DNA of 64,000 bases from an uncultured Christensenella sp. (GCA_949296965.1 CASFQL010000010.1:194115-258114), one strand, 5' to 3'. Counted from the first letter of the stretch, positions 1 to 8,771 are shown. The notes: generated from the letters alone by a model not told the origin. Made by a program: numbers and translations.

Positions 1-308
1 CGATTGCTATTTTATTCGCAATTTTGAGATTAAGACCAATGCCTTTCTGTTTGTTGGACGAAATTGAGGCAGCACTTGACGACACAAATGTTTCAAGGTT
101 TGCTCAATATCTTAAAAATTTCTCAAAAGAAACACAATTTATTGTCATTACTCACCGTAAGCCAACTATGATGCTTACAGATTCCTTATATGGTGTTACT
201 ATGGAAGAACCTGGGGTTAGTAAGATTGTTTCAGTTAAACTTGAAGATGCTATTAAAAACTCTTCCGAAGAACAAAATACAAATGTTAAGTCTAAAAAAG
301 AAGATTAA
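1..308 (+). CDS. smc: SMC chromosome condensation ATPase, C-terminal fragment (gene begins upstream of window)
   Basis: The frame is open from the window edge. It contains LLDEIEAALD (Walker B/D-loop) and SMC head C-terminal sequence, and ftsY follows as in Bacillus smc-ftsY. Confidence 0.85.
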   Translation, partial: IAILFAILRLRPMPFCLLDEIEAALDDTNVSRFAQYLKNFSKETQFIVITHRKPTMMLTDSLYGVTMEEPGVSKIVSVKLEDAIKNSSEEQNTNVKSKKED

Positions 309-339
309 TGTTTAAAATATATAAAAGGTTTTAAGATTT

Positions 340-1236
340 ATGGGTTTTTTTTCTAAAATAAAGAACGGTCTAAAAAAGACAAAAGATGCTCTAATTAGTA
401 AACTCAATGCCGTTTTCCGCGGTGGAGATATAGATAATGATTTCTATGAAGATTTGGAATTTGCCTTGATAAGTAGTGATATGGGGGTTGAAACTTCTCA
501 AAGTATTATTAAATCACTAAAAGATAGATTAAGGGAAAAACATATTGTTAAACAGGAAATTGCTAGAAATGAATTAAAATCTATTCTAGTTGATGTTTTA
601 AATAGTTCTCAAAAACAAGAATTTTCTTACCCTTTAATTATTACAATAGTGGGAGTTAATGGAGTTGGTAAAACTACTACAATAGGTAAACTTGCTAACT
701 ATTTTAAAGAGCAAAAAAAGTCAGTTACTCTCGTGGCGGGGGATACTTTTAGGGCTGCTGCTTCTGAGCAATTAAACGAATGGGCAAAAAGGGTTAATGT
801 AAAAATTGTTAAGCATCAAGAAGGTGCTGATCCATCTGCTGTTGTTTATGACGGAATTGCTAGCGCTAAGGCAAAAAAGACAGATGTTTTAATTGTTGAC
901 ACTGCTGGTAGACTTCATACAAAAGTTAATTTAATGGAAGAACTTAAAAAGATTAATAGAATTGAAGAAAGAGAATGGAAAGAGGCTCAAAAACTTAACT
1001 TTATAATTGTCGATGCTACTATTGGTCAAAATTCTCTTATTCAAGTTAATGCTTTTAAAGATGCTGTTGGAATTGATGGAATAATTGTCACTAAGCTTGA
1101 TGGGACTAGTAAAGGGGGAATAGTTTTTCCTATTATTAAAGAACTTAATACTCCCGTTTATTTTGTTGGTGTGGGCGAGGGAGTTGAAGATTTGGAAGAA
1201 TTTGATGCTGAAAAATTTGTCGATGGTATTTTATAA
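340..1236 (+). CDS. ftsY: Signal recognition particle receptor FtsY
   Basis: SRP-GTPase motifs GVNGVGKTTTIGKLA, DTAGRLH and TKLDGTSKGG. Synteny smc-ftsY-ylxM-ffh. Confidence 0.95.
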   Translation: MGFFSKIKNGLKKTKDALISKLNAVFRGGDIDNDFYEDLEFALISSDMGVETSQSIIKSLKDRLREKHIVKQEIARNELKSILVDVLNSSQKQEFSYPLIITIVGVNGVGKTTTIGKLANYFKEQKKSVTLVAGDTFRAAASEQLNEWAKRVNVKIVKHQEGADPSAVVYDGIASAKAKKTDVLIVDTAGRLHTKVNLMEELKKINRIEEREWKEAQKLNFIIVDATIGQNSLIQVNAFKDAVGIDGIIVTKLDGTSKGGIVFPIIKELNTPVYFVGVGEGVEDLEEFDAEKFVDGIL

Positions 1237-1288
1237 TAAAAAAAATTTAAAAAATCAAAATTTATTTTTGATTTTTTTTATTTTTATA

Positions 1289-1316
1289 TTGACAAAACTT
1301 TTTTGATAGGTATAAT
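1289..1316 (+). promoter_or_regulatory. Sigma-A type promoter reading into structured leader and ylxM-ffh
   Basis: TTGACA (1289-1294), 16 nt spacer, TATAAT (1311-1316). Confidence 0.6.
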
Positions 1317-1346
1317 ATGTGTGTAAAGTAAATTTGCTTTACATTG

Positions 1347-1442
1347 CGGGCTTTGTAGTGTGAAAATTTTAAAATAAAATTTTCACTGCGAAGTTTTATA
1401 AAAAACTTCGCACAAAAGTTTCACTTTTGATACAAAGCCCCG
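1347..1442 (+). repeat. Four-way-junction intergenic element, copy a (G+C-richer closing stem)
   Basis: Closing stem CGGGCTTTGTA / TACAAAGCCCCG encloses three hairpins: GTGAAAATTTT-aaaat-AAAATTTTCAC (1360-1386), GCGAAGTTTT-ataa-AAAACTTCGC (1388-1411) and CAAAAGT-ttc-ACTTTTG (1413-1429). Confidence 0.8.
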
Positions 1443-1499
1443 TGTTTGTTGTCGTAGACATTATAAGTTGTATTCTTGTAAAATTATAAAAGAAAAAAT

Positions 1500-1835
1500 A
1501 TGAAAATAGAAGAAAATTTAAAATTAAGTTTATTATTTGATATTTATAAAAATTTGCTTACACAAAAGCAGAAAGAAGTGCTATCTGATTTTTTAGACAA
1601 TAACATATCATTAACAGAACTTGCACAAATCAACAATTCCACTAGGCAGGCAGTTAATGATTTAGTAAAAAGAACGATAAAAGTTTTAGAAAATTATGAA
1701 GGTAAACTTTGTCTGCTCGCAAAATTTGAAAAAGTTAAAGAAAGCATTGCAAATTGTGAGCATATTTTAAAGGAAAATAAAATTAATTTACCTTCCTTAG
1801 TAAAAGAACTTAATTGTGTGTTGGAGGTCTTGTAA
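1500..1835 (+). CDS. ylxM: YlxM/UPF0122 putative DNA-binding protein
   Basis: About 110 aa HTH-like protein immediately upstream of ffh and abutting it, the conserved ylxM-ffh arrangement. Confidence 0.85.
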   Translation: MKIEENLKLSLLFDIYKNLLTQKQKEVLSDFLDNNISLTELAQINNSTRQAVNDLVKRTIKVLENYEGKLCLLAKFEKVKESIANCEHILKENKINLPSLVKELNCVLEVL

Positions 1836-1837
1836 TA

Positions 1838-3151
1838 ATGGGAATGTTCGCCAATTTGTCGTTAAGACTAAATCATATTTTTTCCCACCTAACAAAAAGG
1901 GGAAAACTTACAGAACTTGAAATCAAGGAGGCAATGAGAGAGATTAGAGTTGCATTACTTGAAGCAGATGTTAACTTTTTGGTTGCTAAAAATTTTATAA
2001 ATAGGGTTAGTCAAAGGGCTGTTGGGCAAGAAGTGTTAAATAGTTTAACCCCCGGACAACAAGTTATTAAAATAGTTAATGAAGAACTTATTTCACTTTT
2101 AGGGCAAACAAATAGTAAATTAGCAGTTTCTAGTTCGTTGCCGACAATTATTTTACTTTGTGGTTTACAAGGAAGTGGTAAGACTACAATGTGCGGGAAA
2201 CTTGCTTCTATGTTAAAAAGTCAAGGTAAAAAGCCAATGTTAGTTGCTTGTGATATATATAGACCAGCAGCAATCAATCAATTACAAGTTGTAGGAAAAA
2301 CCGCAAATGTCGAAGTTTTTGAGAAAGGCACGCAAGCACCACTCAAAACTTGTAAGCAAGCAATTGAATATTCAAAGAAAAAATTGTATGATACCATCAT
2401 TGTTGATACTGCTGGAAGACTTTCTATTGATGAGAAACTTATGCAAGAGTTAAAAGAATTGAAACAGGGCATTAATCCTACCGAAATTTTATTGGTAGTT
2501 GATGCTATGAATGGACAAGAATCTGTTAATGTCGCACAGTCATTTAATGAAGTACTTGATATTACAGGTGTAATTTTAACCAAACTTGATGGTGATACTC
2601 GTGGTGGTTGTGCGTTGTCAATTAGCGAAATAGTTAAAAAGCCTATTAAGTTTTGCGGTATAGGTGAAAAGATCAACGATATAGAACCTTTTTACCCAGA
2701 TAGAATGGCATCGAGAATTTTGGGAATGGGAGATGTATTAACACTTATTGAAAAGGCACAAAATGCAGTTAGCGAAGAAGAAGCTAAACAGTTAGAGAAA
2801 AAATTTAGAGAAAGTAGTTTTACCTTTGAAGACTACCTTGACCAAATGGACAAAATTAATAAAATGGGTAATATTAATGACTTAATTGGTATGATACCGG
2901 GACTAAATAAAAAAATGGCTGGAACACAAATTAACGAAAAAGACCTAGAGAAAAATAAAGCAATTATACAAAGTATGACACCAAAAGAAAGAAGAAACCC
3001 AGATTTGATTAAGGGTAGTCAAAAAAAGAGAATTGCTGACGGAAGTGGAACTCAAATCCAAGATGTAAATAGACTTATAAAACAATTTGAGCAGTCAAAA
3101 CTTATGATGAAGAAAATGAAAGGTGGCGGGCTTAAAAATTTTAAGTTTTAA
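1838..3151 (+). CDS. ffh: Signal recognition particle protein Ffh
   Basis: GLQGSGKTT, DTAGRL and TKLDGDTRGG motifs plus a Met-rich M domain. I trimmed the start to ATG 1838, 9 nt after GGAGG (1824-1828); the ORF-track start 1814 overlaps ylxM. Confidence 0.95.
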   Translation: MGMFANLSLRLNHIFSHLTKRGKLTELEIKEAMREIRVALLEADVNFLVAKNFINRVSQRAVGQEVLNSLTPGQQVIKIVNEELISLLGQTNSKLAVSSSLPTIILLCGLQGSGKTTMCGKLASMLKSQGKKPMLVACDIYRPAAINQLQVVGKTANVEVFEKGTQAPLKTCKQAIEYSKKKLYDTIIVDTAGRLSIDEKLMQELKELKQGINPTEILLVVDAMNGQESVNVAQSFNEVLDITGVILTKLDGDTRGGCALSISEIVKKPIKFCGIGEKINDIEPFYPDRMASRILGMGDVLTLIEKAQNAVSEEEAKQLEKKFRESSFTFEDYLDQMDKINKMGNINDLIGMIPGLNKKMAGTQINEKDLEKNKAIIQSMTPKERRNPDLIKGSQKKRIADGSGTQIQDVNRLIKQFEQSKLMMKKMKGGGLKNFKF

Positions 3152-3245
3152 TTAAAATAGTTTTTTAAAATTTTTTTGAAAAGTTTACAAAAGAAATTTT
3201 TTTAAAAAAATTCAAAATATATATTTTTTATAAAGGAGTAAGAAA

Positions 3246-3548
3246 ATGGCAGTTAGAATTAGACTTACAAGATTAGGAGATAAGAAAAGTCCTTTTTACA
3301 GGGTTGTTGTTGCTGATGCAAGAACAAGTAGAGATGGTAAAGTTATCGACAATTTAGGATACTTTAATCCTTTAACTGAAAAAGATAACTTGAAAATCGA
3401 CAAAGAAAAGACTTTAAATTGGTTAAAAAATGGTGCACAACCAACTGAAACCGCTAGAACTTTGCTCGTTCAGGCTGGTGTTGTAGAAAATCCTAAACCT
3501 TATGCTAGTAAGAAAATTGTTCCAAAGAAAAAAGACGCAAAGGCATAA
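3246..3548 (+). CDS. rpsP: 30S ribosomal protein S16
   Basis: [25 protein letters not shown]-terminus; RBS AAAGGAG. Confidence 0.97.
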   Translation: MAVRIRLTRLGDKKSPFYRVVVADARTSRDGKVIDNLGYFNPLTEKDNLKIDKEKTLNWLKNGAQPTETARTLLVQAGVVENPKPYASKKIVPKKKDAKA

Positions 3549-3573
3549 TCCTAGTATAAGAGGAGATTTTTAG

Positions 3574-3801
3574 ATGGAAGAATTACTTAAATTCATTTTA
3601 GATAATCTTGTTGATGATAAATCTTCAATTTCAATAGAGAAAAGAGAAGATGACAAAAGCGTTGTTTTTGAAGTTAGTGTTAGTGAACAAGATAAGGGTA
3701 AGGTTATTGGTAAAAACGGTAAAGTTGCTCAGGCAATAAGAACTGTTCTACATTCTGCATCTTATAAAGATGACAAAAAATATATTTTAAAGATAAAATA
3801 A
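3574..3801 (+). CDS. KH-domain RNA-binding protein (YlqC family)
   Basis: KGKVIGKNGKVAQAIRTV GxxG KH motif. Position between rpsP and rimM. Confidence 0.9.
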   Translation: MEELLKFILDNLVDDKSSISIEKREDDKSVVFEVSVSEQDKGKVIGKNGKVAQAIRTVLHSASYKDDKKYILKIK

Positions 3802-3805
3802 AGTT

Positions 3806-4294
3806 ATGATAGATGTTGCAAAGGTATTAAAACCACAAGGACTTAAAGGAGAAATTAAAGTTCAATGCTTCACTTTTGATATGGATTTTTGGAAAAATTT
3901 GAGAGAGATTTATATTGATAATGTTTTGTATGAGATTGAAAATGTTAGATTCTATAAATCTTTTGGTTACATTAAACTAACCCAAATAAATTCACAAGAA
4001 GAAGCCCAAGCATTACGAAATAAATTGTTACGAGTTAAAAAAGAAGATTTAAAACTTAAAAAAGATGAATTCCTCATATCTGACCTTGTGAGTTGTCAAG
4101 TTTTTGATGAAAAAGGAAATTTTGTCGGTAGTATAGAAAGCGTTGAAAAATATGGCTCTGCTGATATTATTAATATTTTACTTGGTGGGGCTAGAAACAG
4201 TTTTCCTTTTATTCAAGGACTATTTATTGAAACTGATTTTATTAATAAGAAGATTATTGTTAATAGGGAAAAACTAGATGAGGTATTGGTATGA
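3806..4294 (+). CDS. rimM: 16S rRNA processing protein RimM
   Basis: VAKVLKPQGLKGEIKV N-terminus. Synteny with trmD, with a 4-nt ATGA-type overlap. Confidence 0.9.
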   Translation: MIDVAKVLKPQGLKGEIKVQCFTFDMDFWKNLREIYIDNVLYEIENVRFYKSFGYIKLTQINSQEEAQALRNKLLRVKKEDLKLKKDEFLISDLVSCQVFDEKGNFVGSIESVEKYGSADIINILLGGARNSFPFIQGLFIETDFINKKIIVNREKLDEVLV

Positions 4295-4977
4295 ACATAA
4301 CAATCTTAACAATTTTTCCTGAGATGTTTGATGCTCTTAATCATAGTATTTTGAAAAGAGCCCAAGATAATAATTTAATAAACATAAAAATTGTTAATAT
4401 TAGAGATTTCTCAAAAGATACTAATAAAAGATGCGACGACTATTCTTTTGGTGGTGGTGCGGGTATGATTATGACTCCACAACCACTTTTTGATGCTATA
4501 AACAGTGTTAAAACTAAAAATTCTTATGTGATTTATATGTCGCCAAAAGGGAAAACACTTACTCAATGTAAAGTAGAAAAAATTTTTAATCTAAAAAAAG
4601 ATTTGATTATTGTCTGTGGACATTATGAAGGGATAGATGAAAGAATTATTGATTTGTGTGTTGATGAAGAAATTTCTATTGGAGATTATGTTTTGACTGG
4701 TGGGGAACTTCCTGCAATGATTTTAATAGATTGTATTTCAAGGTTTATTCCAAATGTGTTGGGAAATAGTTTGACTACTATGGAAGAAAGTTTTAATGAA
4801 AATTTGCTTGAATATCCTCAATATACTAGACCTAGAAATTTTAATGGGAAAGAAGTCCCAGAGATTTTGCTTAGTGGTAATCATAAAGAAATAGCAAAGT
4901 GGCGACTTGATAAATCTATCGAAATTACTAAAACAAGACGACCAGATTTGTATGAAAAATATCTAAATAAAAAATAA
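4291..4977 (+). CDS. trmD: tRNA (guanine37-N1)-methyltransferase TrmD
   Basis: ILTIFPEMF, CGHYEGIDERI and GDYVLTGGELPAM motifs. Confidence 0.96.
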   Translation: MNITILTIFPEMFDALNHSILKRAQDNNLINIKIVNIRDFSKDTNKRCDDYSFGGGAGMIMTPQPLFDAINSVKTKNSYVIYMSPKGKTLTQCKVEKIFNLKKDLIIVCGHYEGIDERIIDLCVDEEISIGDYVLTGGELPAMILIDCISRFIPNVLGNSLTTMEESFNENLLEYPQYTRPRNFNGKEVPEILLSGNHKEIAKWRLDKSIEITKTRRPDLYEKYLNKK

Positions 4978-5006
4978 ATTATGTCTACTATAAATTATTT
5001 TTAAAG

Positions 5007-5105
5007 ACGAACTTTGTGCTGTAAAAATTTTATTAAAAATTTTTACAATTAGATTTTGCTTTGCAAAATCTAATGCAAAAGTGAAACTTTTGGCACAAAG
5101 TTCGT
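5007..5105 (+). repeat. Four-way-junction intergenic element, copy b
   Basis: 13-bp closing stem ACGAACTTTGTGC / GCACAAAGTTCGT encloses TGTAAAAATTTT-att-AAAAATTTTTACA, ATTAGATTTTGC..GCAAAATCTAAT and CAAAAGT-gaa-ACTTTTG. Confidence 0.85.
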
Positions 5106-5269
5106 TTAATCGTCATTTAGTTGCAGTAAACAAAACTAATTTTTAAAAATTTTACTATTTTTTATATAGATAAAATAGGTTTCTAGTGATAATTATTATT
5201 TTATTAATTTTAATTGTTATAAATATTAATTAGTTTGTTTAAATCTAATTAGTTGTTAAGAGGTAAAAT

Positions 5270-6070
5270 ATGTATGGTGCAATAATAGGAGATTTAGCAG
5301 GTTCAATTTATGAATATTCTCAAATAAAAAGCGTTCAAAAAGTAGAGTGTAAAAATTTGATTGAGAAAAATAGTTTTTATAGTGATGATACAATTTTAAC
5401 TATTGCAATATTGGATGCTATTATAAATAAAAAGGATTATGAAACTTGTTTAAAAGAGTATATAAGGAAATATGAAAACTACAAGCCAAATTTTAAGCCA
5501 TATTTTAGTTCTCCTTTTTCGCCAAGGTTAACAAAATGGGCAAATGGCAAAATTAAAGGCGATAGTAATGGGAATGGGGCAATGATGAGAATTTCTCCTA
5601 TTGGTTATCTTTATGACACAGAAGAAGAAGTGATTAAAAATACTTTTTTAGCAACAATACCATCACATAATAGTATAGAAGCAATTAAAAATGCTACTTT
5701 TGTTTCTCTTATAATTTTTTATGCTAGAAAAGGTCTTTGTAAAAAAGAAATAATAGAAAAATTAAATCTTAATATAAGAGAAACTAAATTGGATAATTTT
5801 AATATAACTTGTTCAACAACTATTGATGTCTGTTTATTTTCACTTTTTACATCAAATTCATTTGAAGAAAGTATTAGAAAAGTTTTATCTTACGGTGGGG
5901 ATACTGACACAAATGCTTGTATTGTTGGCTCAATGGCAGAGGCATTATATGGCTTAGATAAAAATTTAATAAGATTAGCAGAAAACTATATTCCCACTAA
6001 TTTTAGAGATTTACTTGAACAAGGTTATAGAAGAATTCAAAAAGAAAATAATAATGATTTACAAAAATAA
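5270..6070 (+). CDS. ADP-ribosylglycohydrolase family protein
   Basis: N-terminal GAIIGDLAGSIYE and C-terminal GGDTDTNACIVGSMAEALYG, both characteristic ARH-family metal-site motifs. Confidence 0.85.
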   Translation: MYGAIIGDLAGSIYEYSQIKSVQKVECKNLIEKNSFYSDDTILTIAILDAIINKKDYETCLKEYIRKYENYKPNFKPYFSSPFSPRLTKWANGKIKGDSNGNGAMMRISPIGYLYDTEEEVIKNTFLATIPSHNSIEAIKNATFVSLIIFYARKGLCKKEIIEKLNLNIRETKLDNFNITCSTTIDVCLFSLFTSNSFEESIRKVLSYGGDTDTNACIVGSMAEALYGLDKNLIRLAENYIPTNFRDLLEQGYRRIQKENNNDLQK

Positions 6071-6147
6071 AAAATTCTTATTTGATTTAGTTTTACATAA
6101 ATTATTCTTATAATAAAGAAAATTTATTCTTTTAGGAAAGTTTACAT

Positions 6148-6999
6148 ATGAAGATAAAAGAAGTTAAAGTAAAGAATTTATTATCAAAATCTAATTTACC
6201 TTCGTGTGACTATACAATTAATCCTTATATAGGTTGTCCTCATGCTTGTAAATATTGTTATGCTTGTTATATGAGAAAATTTACAAATCATACTGAACAG
6301 TGGGGAGAATTTGTTGATGTCAAAATATGCGATAACAAAATACACGATAGTAAATTAGTTAATAAAAACATATTCATTTCATCTGCAACTGATTGTTATA
6401 ATGGATTAGAAAAGAAATATGAAGTAACAAGAAAAATTTTAGAACAATTAAAAGATATACCATGTAATATAACTATTTCAACTAAGTCAAGTTTAATATT
6501 AAGAGATATAGATTTGCTTAAAGAATTTAAAAATTTAAAAGTATGTTTATCAATTAATACTTTAAATGAAAGATTTAAAAATGATATGGATAGAGCAAGT
6601 TCAATAAAAGAAAGATTGGAAACTTTAAAGAAATTACATCTAAATAAAATAAATACTATTCTATTTATGTCACCGATTTTCCCAGAAATAACAGAGTGGA
6701 AGGAAATTATAGATATATCTAAAGATTTTGTAGATGAATATTGGTTTGAAGATTTAAAGTTAAGAGCAGATTATAAACCTAAGATTTTGAAATATATTAA
6801 ACTTAGATATCCTAATTTATTTAAACTTTATGATGAAATTTATAATAAAGATAAAGATGATTATTGGAAGTCATTGGCACAAGATATAAAGAATTATTGC
6901 CTAAAAATTAAAGTTAATTATGAAATTTTATTTTTTAATAAAAAATCAACAAAAATTAAAGTAAAAGAAAATAAAGACACACAATTAAGTTTTTTGTAA
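6148..6999 (+). CDS. Radical SAM protein (SplB/COG1533-like)
   Basis: CPHACKYCYA is a CxxxCxxC cluster motif near the N-terminus. Size and layout resemble spore-photoproduct-lyase-family radical SAM proteins. Confidence 0.75.
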   Translation: MKIKEVKVKNLLSKSNLPSCDYTINPYIGCPHACKYCYACYMRKFTNHTEQWGEFVDVKICDNKIHDSKLVNKNIFISSATDCYNGLEKKYEVTRKILEQLKDIPCNITISTKSSLILRDIDLLKEFKNLKVCLSINTLNERFKNDMDRASSIKERLETLKKLHLNKINTILFMSPIFPEITEWKEIIDISKDFVDEYWFEDLKLRADYKPKILKYIKLRYPNLFKLYDEIYNKDKDDYWKSLAQDIKNYCLKIKVNYEILFFNKKSTKIKVKENKDTQLSFL

Positions 7000-7178
7000 T
7001 TTATTTTAGATTAACTAATTTTTAAAGTTTTATTAATTTTAAGATAATAAATTCAAAAATTTTTTTTATTTTTTATTTATAATATAAAAAAGTTTATTTA
7101 GGTTAAACATTACCATTTATAAGATTATAAATTAAATAAGATTATAAATTAAATAGGACAGATTGAAAGGGGGGTAAA

Positions 7179-8030
7179 ATGAGCGAAAATAAATTAAATA
7201 TCAACTGGTTTCCTGGACATATGACAAAGGCTTTAAGGCAAATGGAAAAAGAACTTAAAAATATTGATTTACTTTTTTATTGCCTTGATGCGCGTGCTCC
7301 TTTTTCTTGTCTTAATCCAAAATTAACTCAACTTGCTATCAATAAAAAAATTATTTATGTTCTAACAAAAGCCGATATGGTTGAAAAAAAGGACTTAGAT
7401 GATTATATTGCAAAATTAACAACAAAAAATGCAGTTGTTGTTGAAATAAATAGCACTCAATCTAATTCAGCAAGTATTCTTTTTAAAATCGCAAAAGATA
7501 TTTTGAAAGAAAAATTACAAAATAAGAGTGAAAAAGGGATAAATTATAATCTAAAAGCAATGGTTGTTGGCGTTCCAAATGTTGGTAAAAGCACACTTAT
7601 AAACAATTTATGTGCTAAATCTAAAACAATAACGGGGAATAAACCCGGAGTAACTCGTGGTAAACAATGGGTTATGACAGGAGATGGTTTGGTTCTACTT
7701 GATACTCCCGGAACACTCTGGCCATCTTTTGAAGATAATAAAATTGCTAGGAACTTAGCCTATATAGGAAGCATTAAGGATGAAGTATTAGATACAACGG
7801 ACTTAGCCTTTTATTTTCTAAAAGATATAGCAAATAGATATAAAAATTTAATAGAAAATAGATATTCTATCAAAATTGAAGATGGTGAAGAAACTTTGCA
7901 AACTTTTGAGAAAATTTGCATCGCAAGAAAATGTCTTTTAAAGAAAGAAGAATTAGATTATGATAGATGTGCAAAACTTATTTTAGATGATTTTAGAAAG
8001 GGAAGACTTGGAAAAATAGTCTTAGATTAA
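7179..8030 (+). CDS. rbgA: Ribosome biogenesis GTPase A (YlqF/RbgA)
   Basis: Circularly permuted GTPase order: LTKAD (G4), then GVPNVGKSTLIN (G1), then DTPG (G3). Upstream of rnhB as in Bacillus. Confidence 0.93.
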   Translation: MSENKLNINWFPGHMTKALRQMEKELKNIDLLFYCLDARAPFSCLNPKLTQLAINKKIIYVLTKADMVEKKDLDDYIAKLTTKNAVVVEINSTQSNSASILFKIAKDILKEKLQNKSEKGINYNLKAMVVGVPNVGKSTLINNLCAKSKTITGNKPGVTRGKQWVMTGDGLVLLDTPGTLWPSFEDNKIARNLAYIGSIKDEVLDTTDLAFYFLKDIANRYKNLIENRYSIKIEDGEETLQTFEKICIARKCLLKKEELDYDRCAKLILDDFRKGRLGKIVLD

Positions 8031-8033
8031 AAT

Positions 8034-8624
8034 ATGTTTGATTACGAAAATGAATATAAAAAATTTGGTTTAGTTGCAGGAATTGATGAAGCAGGTCGTG
8101 GCCCACTTGCTGGACCTGTTGTTTGTGCTTGTGTAATTATGCCACTTGAAGAAGACAAGATTATTGAAGGTATAAATGATAGTAAAAAACTGAGTGCAAA
8201 AAAAAGAGAATTTCTTTATGAAAAAATTAAAGAGAATGCTATTTCGTATTCAATTTATGTTATAGATGAAAAGAAGATTGATGAGATTAATATTTTGCAA
8301 GCAACTAAATTAGGTATGAAAAAAGCCCTAGAAAGTCTAAATATTGTGCCAAATACGGTTTTAATTGATGCCGTTAAAATAGACACAGACATTAATCAAG
8401 TCCCAATAATAAAAGGGGATAGTCTAAGTTATAATATTGCCGCCGCATCAATTTTAGCAAAAGTATATAGAGATAAATTGATGGAAGAATATGCAAGAGA
8501 ATATCCGCTCTATAATTTTGAAAAGCACAAAGGTTATGGAACAAAAGAACATATTTTGCTTTTGAGAAAATATGGGAAATGTCCAATACATAGGAATAGT
8601 TTTATTAAAAATTTTATAAAATAG
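8034..8624 (+). CDS. rnhB: Ribonuclease HII
   Basis: GIDEAGRGPLAGPVV active-site motif; HKGYGT near the C-terminus. Confidence 0.95.
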   Translation: MFDYENEYKKFGLVAGIDEAGRGPLAGPVVCACVIMPLEEDKIIEGINDSKKLSAKKREFLYEKIKENAISYSIYVIDEKKIDEINILQATKLGMKKALESLNIVPNTVLIDAVKIDTDINQVPIIKGDSLSYNIAAASILAKVYRDKLMEEYAREYPLYNFEKHKGYGTKEHILLLRKYGKCPIHRNSFIKNFIK

Positions 8625-8771
8625 TTGACAAATCAGTTTTATTTTAGTTGCGGTGTTTCAATATATTTTTATTAATGTATTGTGCGTATGTTTTTTTATA
8701 ATATTGTCTTTTTTATTGTAAATTTTATTTGTATTTGTTTTTTTATATATAGATATATTTAGGAAATTAAA

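Noticed and set aside
1250-1276. AAAAATCAAAA-tttat-TTTTGATTTTT hairpin as the ftsY terminator.
   Set aside because: The stem is almost pure A-T with a single G-C pair, so it is too weak to call confidently. It may still contribute to termination.
1347-1442. Could the cloverleaf-like elements be tRNA or tRNA-like genes?
   Set aside because: The helices are 7-13 bp, compared with 7/4/5/5 bp in tRNA. There is no GTTC T-loop, no D-loop conserved bases, no 7-nt anticodon loop and no CCA or discriminator context. The three inner arms are near-perfect AT-rich palindromes.
2278-2676. Antisense and overlapping ORFs from the six-frame track: 2278-2676, 8392-8586, 8759-8980, 9179-9481, 9267-9461, 10546-10903, 12450-12668, 13331-13777, 14514-14984, 15695-15904, 16117-16970, 17175-17567, 19180-19732, 20754-20966, 23228-24322, 25214-25420, 26316-26510, 28524-28742, 29442-30426, 30467-30649, 34111-34293, 35110-35669, 35888-36079, 38083-38385, 39619-39810, 40707-41216, 42209-42475, 43286-43621, 44634-44831, 46045-46407, 47958-48149, 48792-48983, 49916-50113, 51197-51427, 52554-53089, 56723-56929, 58748-58939, 61914-62253 and 63590-63781.
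   Set aside because: Each lies inside, or largely overlaps, a well-supported conserved gene in another frame or on the other strand. Their compositions are low-complexity as expected for AT-rich shadow frames, and they lack RBSs.
7121-7154. Direct duplication of the 17-nt word AAGATTATAAATTAAAT just upstream of the rbgA RBS.
   Set aside because: There are only two copies of a low-complexity AT word, with no pairing potential or recurrence elsewhere in the window. It is most likely a slippage duplication.
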